From: an uncultured Gammaproteobacteria bacterium | GTDB lineage: Bacteria; Patescibacteriota; Patescibacteriia; Magasanikbacterales; GWA2-37-8 | Direction: 5' to 3' | NCBI GenBank assembly: GCA_964533715.1 | Contig: CAZHNI010000004.1 | Coordinates: forward strand, 13,741 to 77,740 | DNA length: 64,000 nt | Shown here: in pieces, positions 37,427-45,168 of the stretch | Numbering within the stretch: the stretch's first letter is position 1 | Layout of the letters: every line of letters begins with the position of its first letter | Notes under the pieces: generated by a model | The model's input: only the letters and a program-made list of their open reading frames with translations | What the model was told of the DNA's origin: nothing | Databases searched by the model: none | Made by a program: the position numbers and the translations under genes

Positions 37427-38827
37427 ATGAAAGTATCTTTTTTTGGTGCCGCCGGCGAAGTTACCGGTTCTTGTAGTCTAATAGAAACAGGGCAAAATAG
37501 CATTCTCATCGATTGCGGAATGTTTCAGGGCAGTGATTTTAACGATGCCAAAAATCATAAACCGCTGCCGTTTGATCCTAAAACGCTCACACATGTTTTT
37601 ATTACTCACGCCCACCTCGATCATACCGGGCGTTTGCCGCTTTTGGTTAAACAAGGTTATAGCGGGTATTTTTATGCTACCGCCCCAACACTCGAGTTGG
37701 CCGAATTGGTTATGAAAGATGCGCACAATATAATGGTCTACGATAATAAAAAATTTGGTCGGACCATTTTATATAGTGAAGAAGATATTGCAGGGGTGAT
37801 GGGAAGAACTAAGGCTGTAAAATACGGAGAGGAGTTGAAATTTGGTGGTATTGTTGGTGAAAGGGATTCTTCGGCTACGCTCCGCTCCGCTCAGAATGAC
37901 AATCTGGTGGTGAGATTTCACGACGTCGGCCACATTTTTGGTTCTGCTTTTATCGAAATTAACGCCGAGGGTAAGAAAATTGTATTCTCCGGAGATGTTG
38001 GTAATGTTCATGTACCTATTTTACGCGATACCGAAGCTTTGCCGAGCAATCTTGACCTTTTAGTTTGTGAGTCAACCTACGGCGACCGCCTGCACGAAGT
38101 TCGCGCCACACGAGAAGAAATGATTGAAGAGGCGATACTCGATGGTGTTGGTAGGGGAGGAGTTCTCATGATTCCTTCGTTTGCTTTGGAGCGCACGCAA
38201 GAATTAATGTATGAACTTAATAAACTCATTGACCACAAACACAAGCTCGGTGGCATTCCCATTTTTTTAGATAGCCCACTCGCTATTGACGCAATTAAAG
38301 TGTATCGCAAATACCCCGAATATTACGACGAAAAAGCCAATGAATATTTTAAAGATGGTGATGATATTTTTGATTTTAAGAACTTAATTACTACATATTC
38401 GCGCGAAGAATCCATGAAAATAAATCATACCCTTGGGCCTAAAGTTATTATTGCCGGTGCCGGCATGATGAACGGGGGTAGAATTTTGCACCACGCTCTT
38501 CGTTATTTATCGGATGCGCGTAACACAATTTTGTTTATTGGTTACCAATCTCCCGGGACGCTGGGCAGACAAATTCAAGACGGTCATTCAACCGTAGAGG
38601 TATTGGGCGAGCGCGTGCAAGTAAAATGCAAAATAAATAATATTAGTGCGCTGTCAGCTCATGGTGATCAAAATAAGCTCGTCAGTTGGATTGGGGCGGC
38701 TAAACCAAAACGTGTTTATTTTAACCACGGGGAAGATAGTGCCGCTCAGGCAATTAGTAGTAAATTATCTAAAGAATTTAATGTGGAAGCAGTTATAGCT
38801 AAACCAAAATTAACTATTCAAGTATAA
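37427..38827 (+). CDS. MBL-fold beta-CASP RNA-metabolising hydrolase
   Basis: GAAGEVTGS, THAHLDHTG, GHIFGSA, ESTYGDR, LSAHGD, NHGE; promoter TTGCTC-17-TATACT at 37384-37412. Confidence 0.93.
   Translation: MKVSFFGAAGEVTGSCSLIETGQNSILIDCGMFQGSDFNDAKNHKPLPFDPKTLTHVFITHAHLDHTGRLPLLVKQGYSGYFYATAPTLELAELVMKDAHNIMVYDNKKFGRTILYSEEDIAGVMGRTKAVKYGEELKFGGIVGERDSSATLRSAQNDNLVVRFHDVGHIFGSAFIEINAEGKKIVFSGDVGNVHVPILRDTEALPSNLDLLVCESTYGDRLHEVRATREEMIEEAILDGVGRGGVLMIPSFALERTQELMYELNKLIDHKHKLGGIPIFLDSPLAIDAIKVYRKYPEYYDEKANEYFKDGDDIFDFKNLITTYSREESMKINHTLGPKVIIAGAGMMNGGRILHHALRYLSDARNTILFIGYQSPGTLGRQIQDGHSTVEVLGERVQVKCKINNISALSAHGDQNKLVSWIGAAKPKRVYFNHGEDSAAQAISSKLSKEFNVEAVIAKPKLTIQV
37863..37901. repeat. right half of the TGTCAT...ATGACA element, in frame in the MBL gene
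   Basis: gggattcttcggctacgctccgctccgctcagaatgaca encodes RDSSATLRSAQND. Confidence 0.8.
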
Positions 38828-38848
38828 ATTTTTAGAATAAAAAATAAC

Positions 38849-38857
38849 TTATCCACA
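38849..38857 (+). promoter_or_regulatory. DnaA box consensus
   Basis: TTATCCACA; a one-mismatch copy CTATCCACA lies at 37312-37320. Confidence 0.45.
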
Positions 38858-38881
38858 ATCCCGAGTAACTCGGGATTTTTT
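38857..38881 (+). terminator. intrinsic terminator after the MBL gene
   Basis: aatcccgag-taa-ctcgggatt plus T-run. Confidence 0.8.
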
Positions 38882-38927
38882 GTTTTAGATTAGCCAAAAA
38901 ATAAGGGTATTTTTATGGGGCAGTGTG

Positions 38928-38978
38928 TTGACGGGTGTTTCTAAGTGGTGTAAAATGGAAGCAGGTGGGGAAAAGTGG
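38928..38978 (+). promoter_or_regulatory. mraZ/dcw promoter with MraZ-binding direct repeats
   Basis: TTGACG-17-TAAAAT; GTGG/ATGG/GTGG/GTGG at 38945, 38955, 38965, 38975 (10-bp period). Confidence 0.85.
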
Positions 38979-38982
38979 TGAA

Positions 38983-39433
38983 ACCACGGATTTTTTCCAC
39001 GGATATTCACGGATTTTGTATGAGCGAAGAAGGGCTTGTTTTTAAAGAGATAACTCATGAGCTTATCGGTTGCGCCTACACTGTATTTAATGAGCTAAAG
39101 TTTGGCTACAGCGAAAAATATTATCAACGCGCTTACGCTCTTGAACTCCAGAAAAAAGCCCGTTCTTTTGTACGAGAGTTTCCAGTTCCTATTGCGTATC
39201 AAGGATGTTCGATCGGAAGATATATGCTTGATTTTCTGATTGATAACAAGATTATTGTTGAGTTTAAAGTTGGAAATGATTTTTCTCTGCAACATGTAGC
39301 GCAAGTTCTTGGATATCTCAAGGCTCTTAACAAAAAATTGGCGTTGATTATTCTGTTTTCTCCACACGGTGTAAAAGTTAAACGAATAATCAATTGATCG
39401 AATCCGTGTAAATCAGTGTAAAAGATCCGTGGT
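38983..39433. mobile_element. GxxExxY cassette with 33-bp imperfect terminal inverted repeats
   Basis: 38983-39015 versus reverse complement of 39401-39433: 28/33 identical by hand alignment. Confidence 0.72.
39020..39397 (+). CDS. GxxExxY protein (PD-(D/E)XK nuclease-like)
   Basis: IGCAYTVFNELKFGYSEKYYQRA, DFLIDNKIIVEFK, QVLGYLK; ATG 39020. Confidence 0.9.
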   Translation: MSEEGLVFKEITHELIGCAYTVFNELKFGYSEKYYQRAYALELQKKARSFVREFPVPIAYQGCSIGRYMLDFLIDNKIIVEFKVGNDFSLQHVAQVLGYLKALNKKLALIILFSPHGVKVKRIIN

Positions 39434-39435
39434 CT

Positions 39436-39867
39436 ATGTTTATTGGCGAATATTCTCACAATCTTGATGACAAAGGTCGGCTGGCAATTCCGGCCAAGTT
39501 TCGCGCCGCGCTCAAAAAAGGCGCAGTAGTCACTCGCGGTCTTGATAGTTGTTTGTTTTTGTACACCAAAGCTGAGTGGGAAAAACTCGCCGAAAAATTG
39601 GCCTCGCTCCCCATTAGCCAAGCCAACAGTCGAGCATTTGCTCGTCTTATGCTGGCTGGTGCTATGGATGTGGAAATGGATAAACAGGGGCGAGCAATTC
39701 TCCCTGAGTATCTCCGAAAATTTGCGAATCTCACTAAGTCCGTTGTGGTTGCCGGTCTTTACAATCGATTAGAAATCTGGGATTCAGAAAAATGGAACGT
39801 GTATAAAAGCCAAACCGAAAGTGAGAGCGGCGCCATTGCCGAACGTATGGCAGAACTTGGAGTGTAG
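39436..39867 (+). CDS. mraZ: transcriptional regulator MraZ
   Basis: MFIGEYSHNLDDKGRLAIPAKFR, DKQGR, RLEIWD. Confidence 0.98.
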   Translation: MFIGEYSHNLDDKGRLAIPAKFRAALKKGAVVTRGLDSCLFLYTKAEWEKLAEKLASLPISQANSRAFARLMLAGAMDVEMDKQGRAILPEYLRKFANLTKSVVVAGLYNRLEIWDSEKWNVYKSQTESESGAIAERMAELGV

Positions 39868-39869
39868 TT

Positions 39870-39940
39870 CATTAAAACACAAGAACACAAGAACATTAAA
39901 ACAATTGTTTTTTATGTTTTTATGTTTTAGTGTTTTTATG
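39870..39940. repeat. 8-nt-period inverted repeat hairpin
   Basis: cattaaaa cacaagaa cacaagaa cattaaaa ca facing repeated tgtttt(t/a)(a/g) units; fills the mraZ-rsmH gap. Confidence 0.75.
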
Positions 39941-39942
39941 AT

Positions 39943-40956
39943 ATGCGCCACGTTCCAGTTCTACTTAATGAAGTAATTGCTGCCTTAGAGCCAAAATCTG
40001 GGATGAATTTTGTTGATTGTACTCTAGGCGATGGCGGTCATGCTGAAGCTATTTTGGAAAAAATAGCCCCGAGTGGAAAGTTGCTTGGAATCGACGCCGA
40101 TCCAGAATCACTCCTTCGCGCTAAACAATATTTGTACCGTTTTGGAGAGCGTGCTATGTATGTCCGCGATAATTTCGTACACATGAAAAAAATTGTTGCT
40201 GAAAACAATTTTGGTCATGTTGACGGAATACTTATGGATTTAGGTTGGTCAAGTCCGCAGTTTGCGGAACGGGGGAGAGGGTTTAGTTTCGAGAAGGATG
40301 AAAAATTAGACATGCGGTACGACCCCAACTGTCATTCTGAGGGAGGAACGACCGAAGAATCTCTGGCTCATTTGGAGAACGGGCAGAGATCCTTAATTCC
40401 GCTCAGGATGACATGTGAAACAGCTGCGGAGATAGTGAACGGTTATTCTGAAACAGAACTAAATCACATTTTTAAAACGTACGGTGAAGAAAAATTGTAC
40501 AAAGAAATTGCCGAAGCGATTGTTGCTACAAGGAACAAGGAACAAGGAACAAATAACAAAATCGAAACGACAAAACAATTAGTGGATATTATTTTGGAAG
40601 TTTACCGTAACAAATTAAATAGCACTAAAGAAATTCCCTGGATTGGTGGAATTCACCCGGCCACCAAGGTGTTTCAAGCTCTCCGCATTGAGGTTAACCA
40701 GGAATTAGCTGTTTTAAAAGAAGTTTTACCGCAATTAGTTGAAATTCTTTCTCCCGGTGGCCGTTTAGCAGTTATAACTTTCCACTCGTTGGAAGACAGA
40801 ACAGTAAAACAGTTTTTTCAAACAATAGCACATAAACAAATAAAATTAATTAATAAAAAACCGCTCACCGCAAGCGCAAAAGAATTAGCGGACAATTCAC
40901 GATCGAGAAGCGCAAAATTGCGAGTAGTGGAAAAAATAAATGAAAATAAAAATTAA
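39943..40956 (+). CDS. rsmH: 16S rRNA m4C1402 methyltransferase RsmH
   Basis: HVPVLLNE, DCTLGDGGH, DLGWSSPQ, RGFSF, LDMR, HPATKVFQALRIEVN, FHSLEDR, SRSAKLR. Confidence 0.97.
   Translation: MRHVPVLLNEVIAALEPKSGMNFVDCTLGDGGHAEAILEKIAPSGKLLGIDADPESLLRAKQYLYRFGERAMYVRDNFVHMKKIVAENNFGHVDGILMDLGWSSPQFAERGRGFSFEKDEKLDMRYDPNCHSEGGTTEESLAHLENGQRSLIPLRMTCETAAEIVNGYSETELNHIFKTYGEEKLYKEIAEAIVATRNKEQGTNNKIETTKQLVDIILEVYRNKLNSTKEIPWIGGIHPATKVFQALRIEVNQELAVLKEVLPQLVEILSPGGRLAVITFHSLEDRTVKQFFQTIAHKQIKLINKKPLTASAKELADNSRSRSAKLRVVEKINENKN
40330..40413. repeat. complete TGTCAT...ATGACA element in frame in rsmH
   Basis: 84 bp = 28 codons (CHSEGGTTEESLAHLENGQRSLIPLRMT); close to copy 25696-25792. Confidence 0.9.
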
Positions 40957-41329
40957 TAATACAAACCATATGTTGCTCGTGAGAAATATCAAAAATAAAG
41001 TACGCTCAATTTCGACCAAAGTTTCATCTTTCGAACTTCCCGATTTTCTTACGGGGATTGTAGCTCGCGTTGTTCTCTCGGCATTTTTTCTTATTCTCGC
41101 GGGAGCATATATAATTGGCACCAATAATCTTTCTACCAGTGGATACGAAATTCACACCCTCGAACAACAAGTGGCGTCCTTAAATACAGAGGTTGAGCGA
41201 CTCAGCACCTCTTTGGCTGGTGCACAATCTATGGCCAGTATCCAAAAACGTTTGCCCGAAACAAAAATGGTAGCTGTTGCCAATGCCAAGTATATAAAAA
41301 TTGTACCAGTAGTTGTGGCGGAACGCTAA
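40940..41329 (+). CDS. FtsL-like cell division protein
   Basis: follows rsmH; single TM then coiled coil (GYEIHTLEQQVASL); start could be 40970. Confidence 0.65.
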   Translation: MKIKINNTNHMLLVRNIKNKVRSISTKVSSFELPDFLTGIVARVVLSAFFLILAGAYIIGTNNLSTSGYEIHTLEQQVASLNTEVERLSTSLAGAQSMASIQKRLPETKMVAVANAKYIKIVPVVVAER

Positions 41330-41395
41330 AAATTAATAAAATTTTAGGTGCAACACCTTAATTTAGTATTTTACCGTATTATTAATTATAAAATT

Positions 41396-41416
41396 GGCTA
41401 TAACTAGCCTTTTTTT
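41396..41416 (+). terminator. weak intrinsic terminator
   Basis: ggcta-taac-tagcc-ttttttt. Confidence 0.5.
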
Positions 41417-41459
41417 AATTATTTTATGAAGAGACAAAGCTGCGCTTGATTGATTTTTA

Positions 41460-41921
41460 TTAATGAATTGAGGAGAGAATTGTTTGTTCTAATTTATTTG
41501 GTTCATCTGTGCCTATTCGGTGCGTTGTGCCATTTTTTAGTTTTATTTCCACCGCCTCAAAACCAGAGACATTGTAAATCCAGCGTTTGGGCCAGAGAGA
41601 CAATCGTACGCCCCAACCGCAGTACCAATGATTTTTTACGCTTTTCGCTGTGGTGATTTCGGTTAAAGGAAATTTTTTACGAAAAATGCCATAGCCAAAT
41701 TTGATACGTAAGTATTTTTCATCAATAGTTACTTGAAGTGATACAAACGAAGCCAGAACGAAGACTATTAATGTCATTATGGTAGTAATGGCAAAATTTG
41801 TGCCGGAGTTTGGCGAGGGTGGCTCCATTCTGGCGGTAATTTGTAGCCAAGCAAAAAGTGCCAGTACAGCCAGCGTAATAACTATCATTAGGTAGCCAAT
41901 TTGTGTGTGTTTGTAATTCAT
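41460..41921 (-). CDS. membrane protein with bacterial PH-like domain
   Basis: two TMs, then LRIKFG, GWGVR, IYNVSG..AVEI, IGTDEP. Confidence 0.7.
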   Translation of the reverse strand: MNYKHTQIGYLMIVITLAVLALFAWLQITARMEPPSPNSGTNFAITTIMTLIVFVLASFVSLQVTIDEKYLRIKFGYGIFRKKFPLTEITTAKSVKNHWYCGWGVRLSLWPKRWIYNVSGFEAVEIKLKNGTTHRIGTDEPNKLEQTILSSIH

Positions 41922-42027
41922 ACAATTGTAGTTTCCTAGTTATCGTGTTTTTTTCGGTTCCTTCTCTCTTTGAGCAGAGGCCTAATTTTGGTAAACCGAA
42001 CCCTTATTTCAAGAATAGTCAACTTTT

Positions 42028-43293
42028 TTATTTTTCTTTTAAATATTGATATAAAGCTATGGCCAATTCACTCCGAGTGAGTTTTTTGGCTGGCTGAAGA
42101 GAGATGGTGTCTCGCCCCGGGAATAAGAGATATTTTTCTACAATTCCGGCGTAGTTGGACATTGCAGAATTAGCCGGAATGTCGGTATAGTTGTATGAAA
42201 GTTTATTTGGTAAATTTTCCACTTTAGCTAACATTACCAAAAAATCGATTGTGTTAATTTGATCGTTCGGACGTGGTGCTAATCCTAATCCCGCGCCCTT
42301 TATGTGAAGTGATAGCAAGTTAGAAGCTTTAACGTTCTTTATTGTGCTCACAGAAATACCATTGTGTAAAGTTATGAGCATGCTAGCAAGCTCTTCGCGT
42401 GTCACTTTTTCTGATCCTTTAAATTCGCCATTTGGTTTAGCGGTTATCACACCACGACGAAATAATTCAGCGGCGGCTTTGCCTTCATTTGTCTGTAGAT
42501 CGATATCCGGAAATGGAGACACAAATTTGCTAAAATCGGAAAGCACGGTTTCGCCTTGGGTGGCAGTTGGCAAAACACTCAAAGTTTTCGATAGAAACTC
42601 TCTTTCTGCGGCATATATGCGCGCTTCGAGTGGTGCAAAATAAGTATCGTAATAATATTGTATCTGCTGTTTTTTGGTGGCTTTATTTAATCCCAGCTTC
42701 AGCGCGCCATTTAAGGTTTTGGCAATAATATTTTTATAAGAGAAAATGCAAGTGACAAATCGATACTGATTATAGGCGTTGCCATCGCCGCATATCAAAA
42801 TTTTATTTGGCGTTTTTATTTGAATATATGGAATTTCTGGGGCATTTGCCATATAATTTGGCGATTCTGGGTCTAACATGTCCTGGGCGCTTTGGATGGA
42901 ATTGATTTTTGAAACAGCATAATTAGTAACAGTATTTAACCAATATTTTTTTTCTTTGGCTATTGGATTTTTGTTATATTTTGGACAAGGGTGTCCATAA
43001 CCATCTGGTCCAGCAGCCGAGTAGGAGTTTTGTATATAACTTTCAATGCTAGTAATACCGTCAATCCGTTCCGACTCTGGCTTTAAGAGGGCATTATAAT
43101 AAAAATTGAGTTCGTCAAAAAGAATTTTTTCCGTACCTATAAAAGTACAGGCGGGGAAAGCAACGGTTTTGATGTCAATATTTATGGAGCCGTCATCAGC
43201 CACAGTAAGTGAGTCTGCTTTGGCTGTCTTGGAACCAAAAATCACAGTTAGTGATATTGTGGTTATTAAAGTTATCAATAAATATTTTTTCAT
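42028..43293 (-). CDS. secreted protein with S-layer homology-like repeats
   Basis: signal peptide from ATG 43293; FPDI...RGVI...GEFKGSEKVTREELA; YTDIP...PAKKLTRSELA. Confidence 0.7.
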   Translation of the reverse strand: MKKYLLITLITTISLTVIFGSKTAKADSLTVADDGSINIDIKTVAFPACTFIGTEKILFDELNFYYNALLKPESERIDGITSIESYIQNSYSAAGPDGYGHPCPKYNKNPIAKEKKYWLNTVTNYAVSKINSIQSAQDMLDPESPNYMANAPEIPYIQIKTPNKILICGDGNAYNQYRFVTCIFSYKNIIAKTLNGALKLGLNKATKKQQIQYYYDTYFAPLEARIYAAEREFLSKTLSVLPTATQGETVLSDFSKFVSPFPDIDLQTNEGKAAAELFRRGVITAKPNGEFKGSEKVTREELASMLITLHNGISVSTIKNVKASNLLSLHIKGAGLGLAPRPNDQINTIDFLVMLAKVENLPNKLSYNYTDIPANSAMSNYAGIVEKYLLFPGRDTISLQPAKKLTRSELAIALYQYLKEK

Positions 43294-43372
43294 ATTAGAC
43301 TGCATATAATTAGTTATCGGAAGTAAATAATTGTTTTTTTGTTTTTTCGCCAATCAATATGTATGTATCTAT

Positions 43373-44131
43373 TTAAGCATTTTTACACCATGCACAATCT
43401 TGCTTGTGTAATAAATTTTCAACGTAATCTGTCTTCCTTTTTTCTTCATCATCTTCATGTTCAATCAGCCTTTTGATCGTATCAATAATCCGTTTTCCAA
43501 CTATTGGTGCGTTTTTTAGTAAATTTGTATAAGAATATCTGCTTGATAGCAGGTGATGTATTAAATGATTTCTGTATTTATAAAATTTTTGAATTTCTTT
43601 CGGTAAATCATAGGCAGTCCATAAATTTTTATCTGTATGTTTTAAAATTGCATCAGCGACACTTCCGAGCGTCATTCCACTCACATCAAATAAGAAATAT
43701 GGATTAAAAATTACATCTTCCTTTTTCTGTATCTTATCTGAAATTTTTTTACGTTCATTAAATTTGTTATTTAGATATTTTTTTGCTTTTTTAATTTTCC
43801 AATTATTATATCTACAAACGTTATCTAAAATCCCATCCATTATTTTTTCAGTATCCATTTTATTTTTTTTGTACAAAACACTCAAAAGGTGGCATGTAAG
43901 TTGCTCAATTAATAGACTTTCATTAAATATTTGATATTCCAGCCAAAAATTCCTCATCATTTTATTTACTACCTTTTTATCAGAATGCTGTTTTAGTCTG
44001 TATTCCAAATCAATAAAGCCCGCTGCCTCCAAAATGTTTTGGGCGTTGAAATATCTGGTAAAACCAAGACAAAATTTATTGTCACTGTGTTTGCCGCCAA
44101 TTTTTTTAACTCTGAGCACAAGATTCCACAC
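43373..44131 (-). CDS. hypothetical protein, possible HEPN-like motif
   Basis: very AT-rich ORF; YKYRNHLIHH (Rx4H); start uncertain. Confidence 0.55.
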   Translation of the reverse strand: MWNLVLRVKKIGGKHSDNKFCLGFTRYFNAQNILEAAGFIDLEYRLKQHSDKKVVNKMMRNFWLEYQIFNESLLIEQLTCHLLSVLYKKNKMDTEKIMDGILDNVCRYNNWKIKKAKKYLNNKFNERKKISDKIQKKEDVIFNPYFLFDVSGMTLGSVADAILKHTDKNLWTAYDLPKEIQKFYKYRNHLIHHLLSSRYSYTNLLKNAPIVGKRIIDTIKRLIEHEDDEEKRKTDYVENLLHKQDCAWCKNA

Positions 44132-44290
44132 TATAATTAAGTAAAATTTGTCACATTGTAATCACCGATCACAAAAACAATTATTTATTTCAGCTACTTA
44201 TATCCCAACTAGTGTTTAAATTAGCTAAAATATAATAAAATTTTTTTATAAATGGGGTTATAGCCATTGGGTGGGGTATAACCGTCGTTG

Positions 44291-44317
44291 TGGATTCCCG
44301 TTTTCACGGGAATGACA
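44291..44317. repeat. half element with ATTCCC-N8-GGGAAT core ending ATGACA
   Basis: tggattcccgttttcacgggaatgaca. Confidence 0.75.
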
Positions 44318-44397
44318 GTTTTATAGTAGCAAAGAATATACAGCGAGGTAATACATGTTGTTGACACGCTCTGTTCCGGTAGTATAATATAATCATT

Positions 44398-44712
44398 ATG
44401 GATGAAATCATAAAAAAACTCAAGGAGCAAGACAGTAGGTTTGACCAGCTTGATAAGCAGGTTGATTTGCTTGCTCGTACTGCTGTTGCTCACACGGAGC
44501 GGCTGGATCGGATTGAGGACAAGCTCGACGGTATGGTGACTAAAGGGGATAACCAGAAAGTAATGAATACCTTGGATGAGATTTTGAAATTGGCAAAGAA
44601 AAAGGATGAAGAGTTAACAGTACTAGTACATAATTTGAAACGAATGGATGATAAGGTTGAAAAACATGATAAAGATATAAAACAAATGAAACCTGCCCTT
44701 GGGTTAAGTTAA
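44398..44712 (+). CDS. hypothetical coiled-coil protein
   Basis: heptad-rich; promoter TTGACA-16-TATAAT at 44361-44388. Confidence 0.7.
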   Translation: MDEIIKKLKEQDSRFDQLDKQVDLLARTAVAHTERLDRIEDKLDGMVTKGDNQKVMNTLDEILKLAKKKDEELTVLVHNLKRMDDKVEKHDKDIKQMKPALGLS

Positions 44713-44720
44713 TTTTTTCA

Positions 44721-44756
44721 AAAAACAAGCCGCTCCGTGTGGGTGGTTTTTTGTTT
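44721..44756 (+). terminator. probable terminator
   Basis: agccgctc-cgtgt-gggtggtt stem followed by T-run. Confidence 0.5.
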
Positions 44757-44811
44757 GGTTTAAAATATGGTATAATATTTACACACCTTTATTTGTAAGG
44801 AGTAAATTTGT

Positions 44812-45165
44812 ATGTTGGTTTTGCAGAGGATATTGTGGGAAGCGTTAATTGACATTTTCTATTTTCCGCTTTGGTGGTACGCCGGCGGTGCCAAGCACGC
44901 TTTGTTTTGGTGTGCAGGGTTATTTAAGCGCGGCAACCAGGCTTTGGGCCCTGGGCTTTGGCTTAAAAATATTTTTGTCCCCATGTACGGGCAATTTGAC
45001 TGGCAAGGGAGGCTAATTAGTTTTTTTATACGCCTCGTCAATGTTTTGGGGCGGTATTTTGCGCTTGTGGTATGGTTTGCCGTTGTCGGTTTTATTTTTT
45101 TATTGTGGCTTATTTTCCCGGGAATCGTTTGTTACGGGCTCATTAGATCTTTTACCAAAATATAA
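44812..45165 (+). CDS. small membrane protein upstream of the Clp ATPase
   Basis: YFPLWWY, LKNIFVPMYGQFDWQGRLISFFIR; 3 nt before the clp start. Confidence 0.75.
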   Translation: MLVLQRILWEALIDIFYFPLWWYAGGAKHALFWCAGLFKRGNQALGPGLWLKNIFVPMYGQFDWQGRLISFFIRLVNVLGRYFALVVWFAVVGFIFLLWLIFPGIVCYGLIRSFTKI

Positions 45166-45168
45166 TTT

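Noticed and set aside
37312-38857. Replication origin suggested by DnaA-box-like 9-mers
   Set aside because: Only two isolated boxes 1.5 kb apart, with no cluster and no dnaA/dnaN nearby.
41426-41449. Relic of an ftsI start after ftsL (MKRQSCA*)
   Set aside because: Too short to show any homology.
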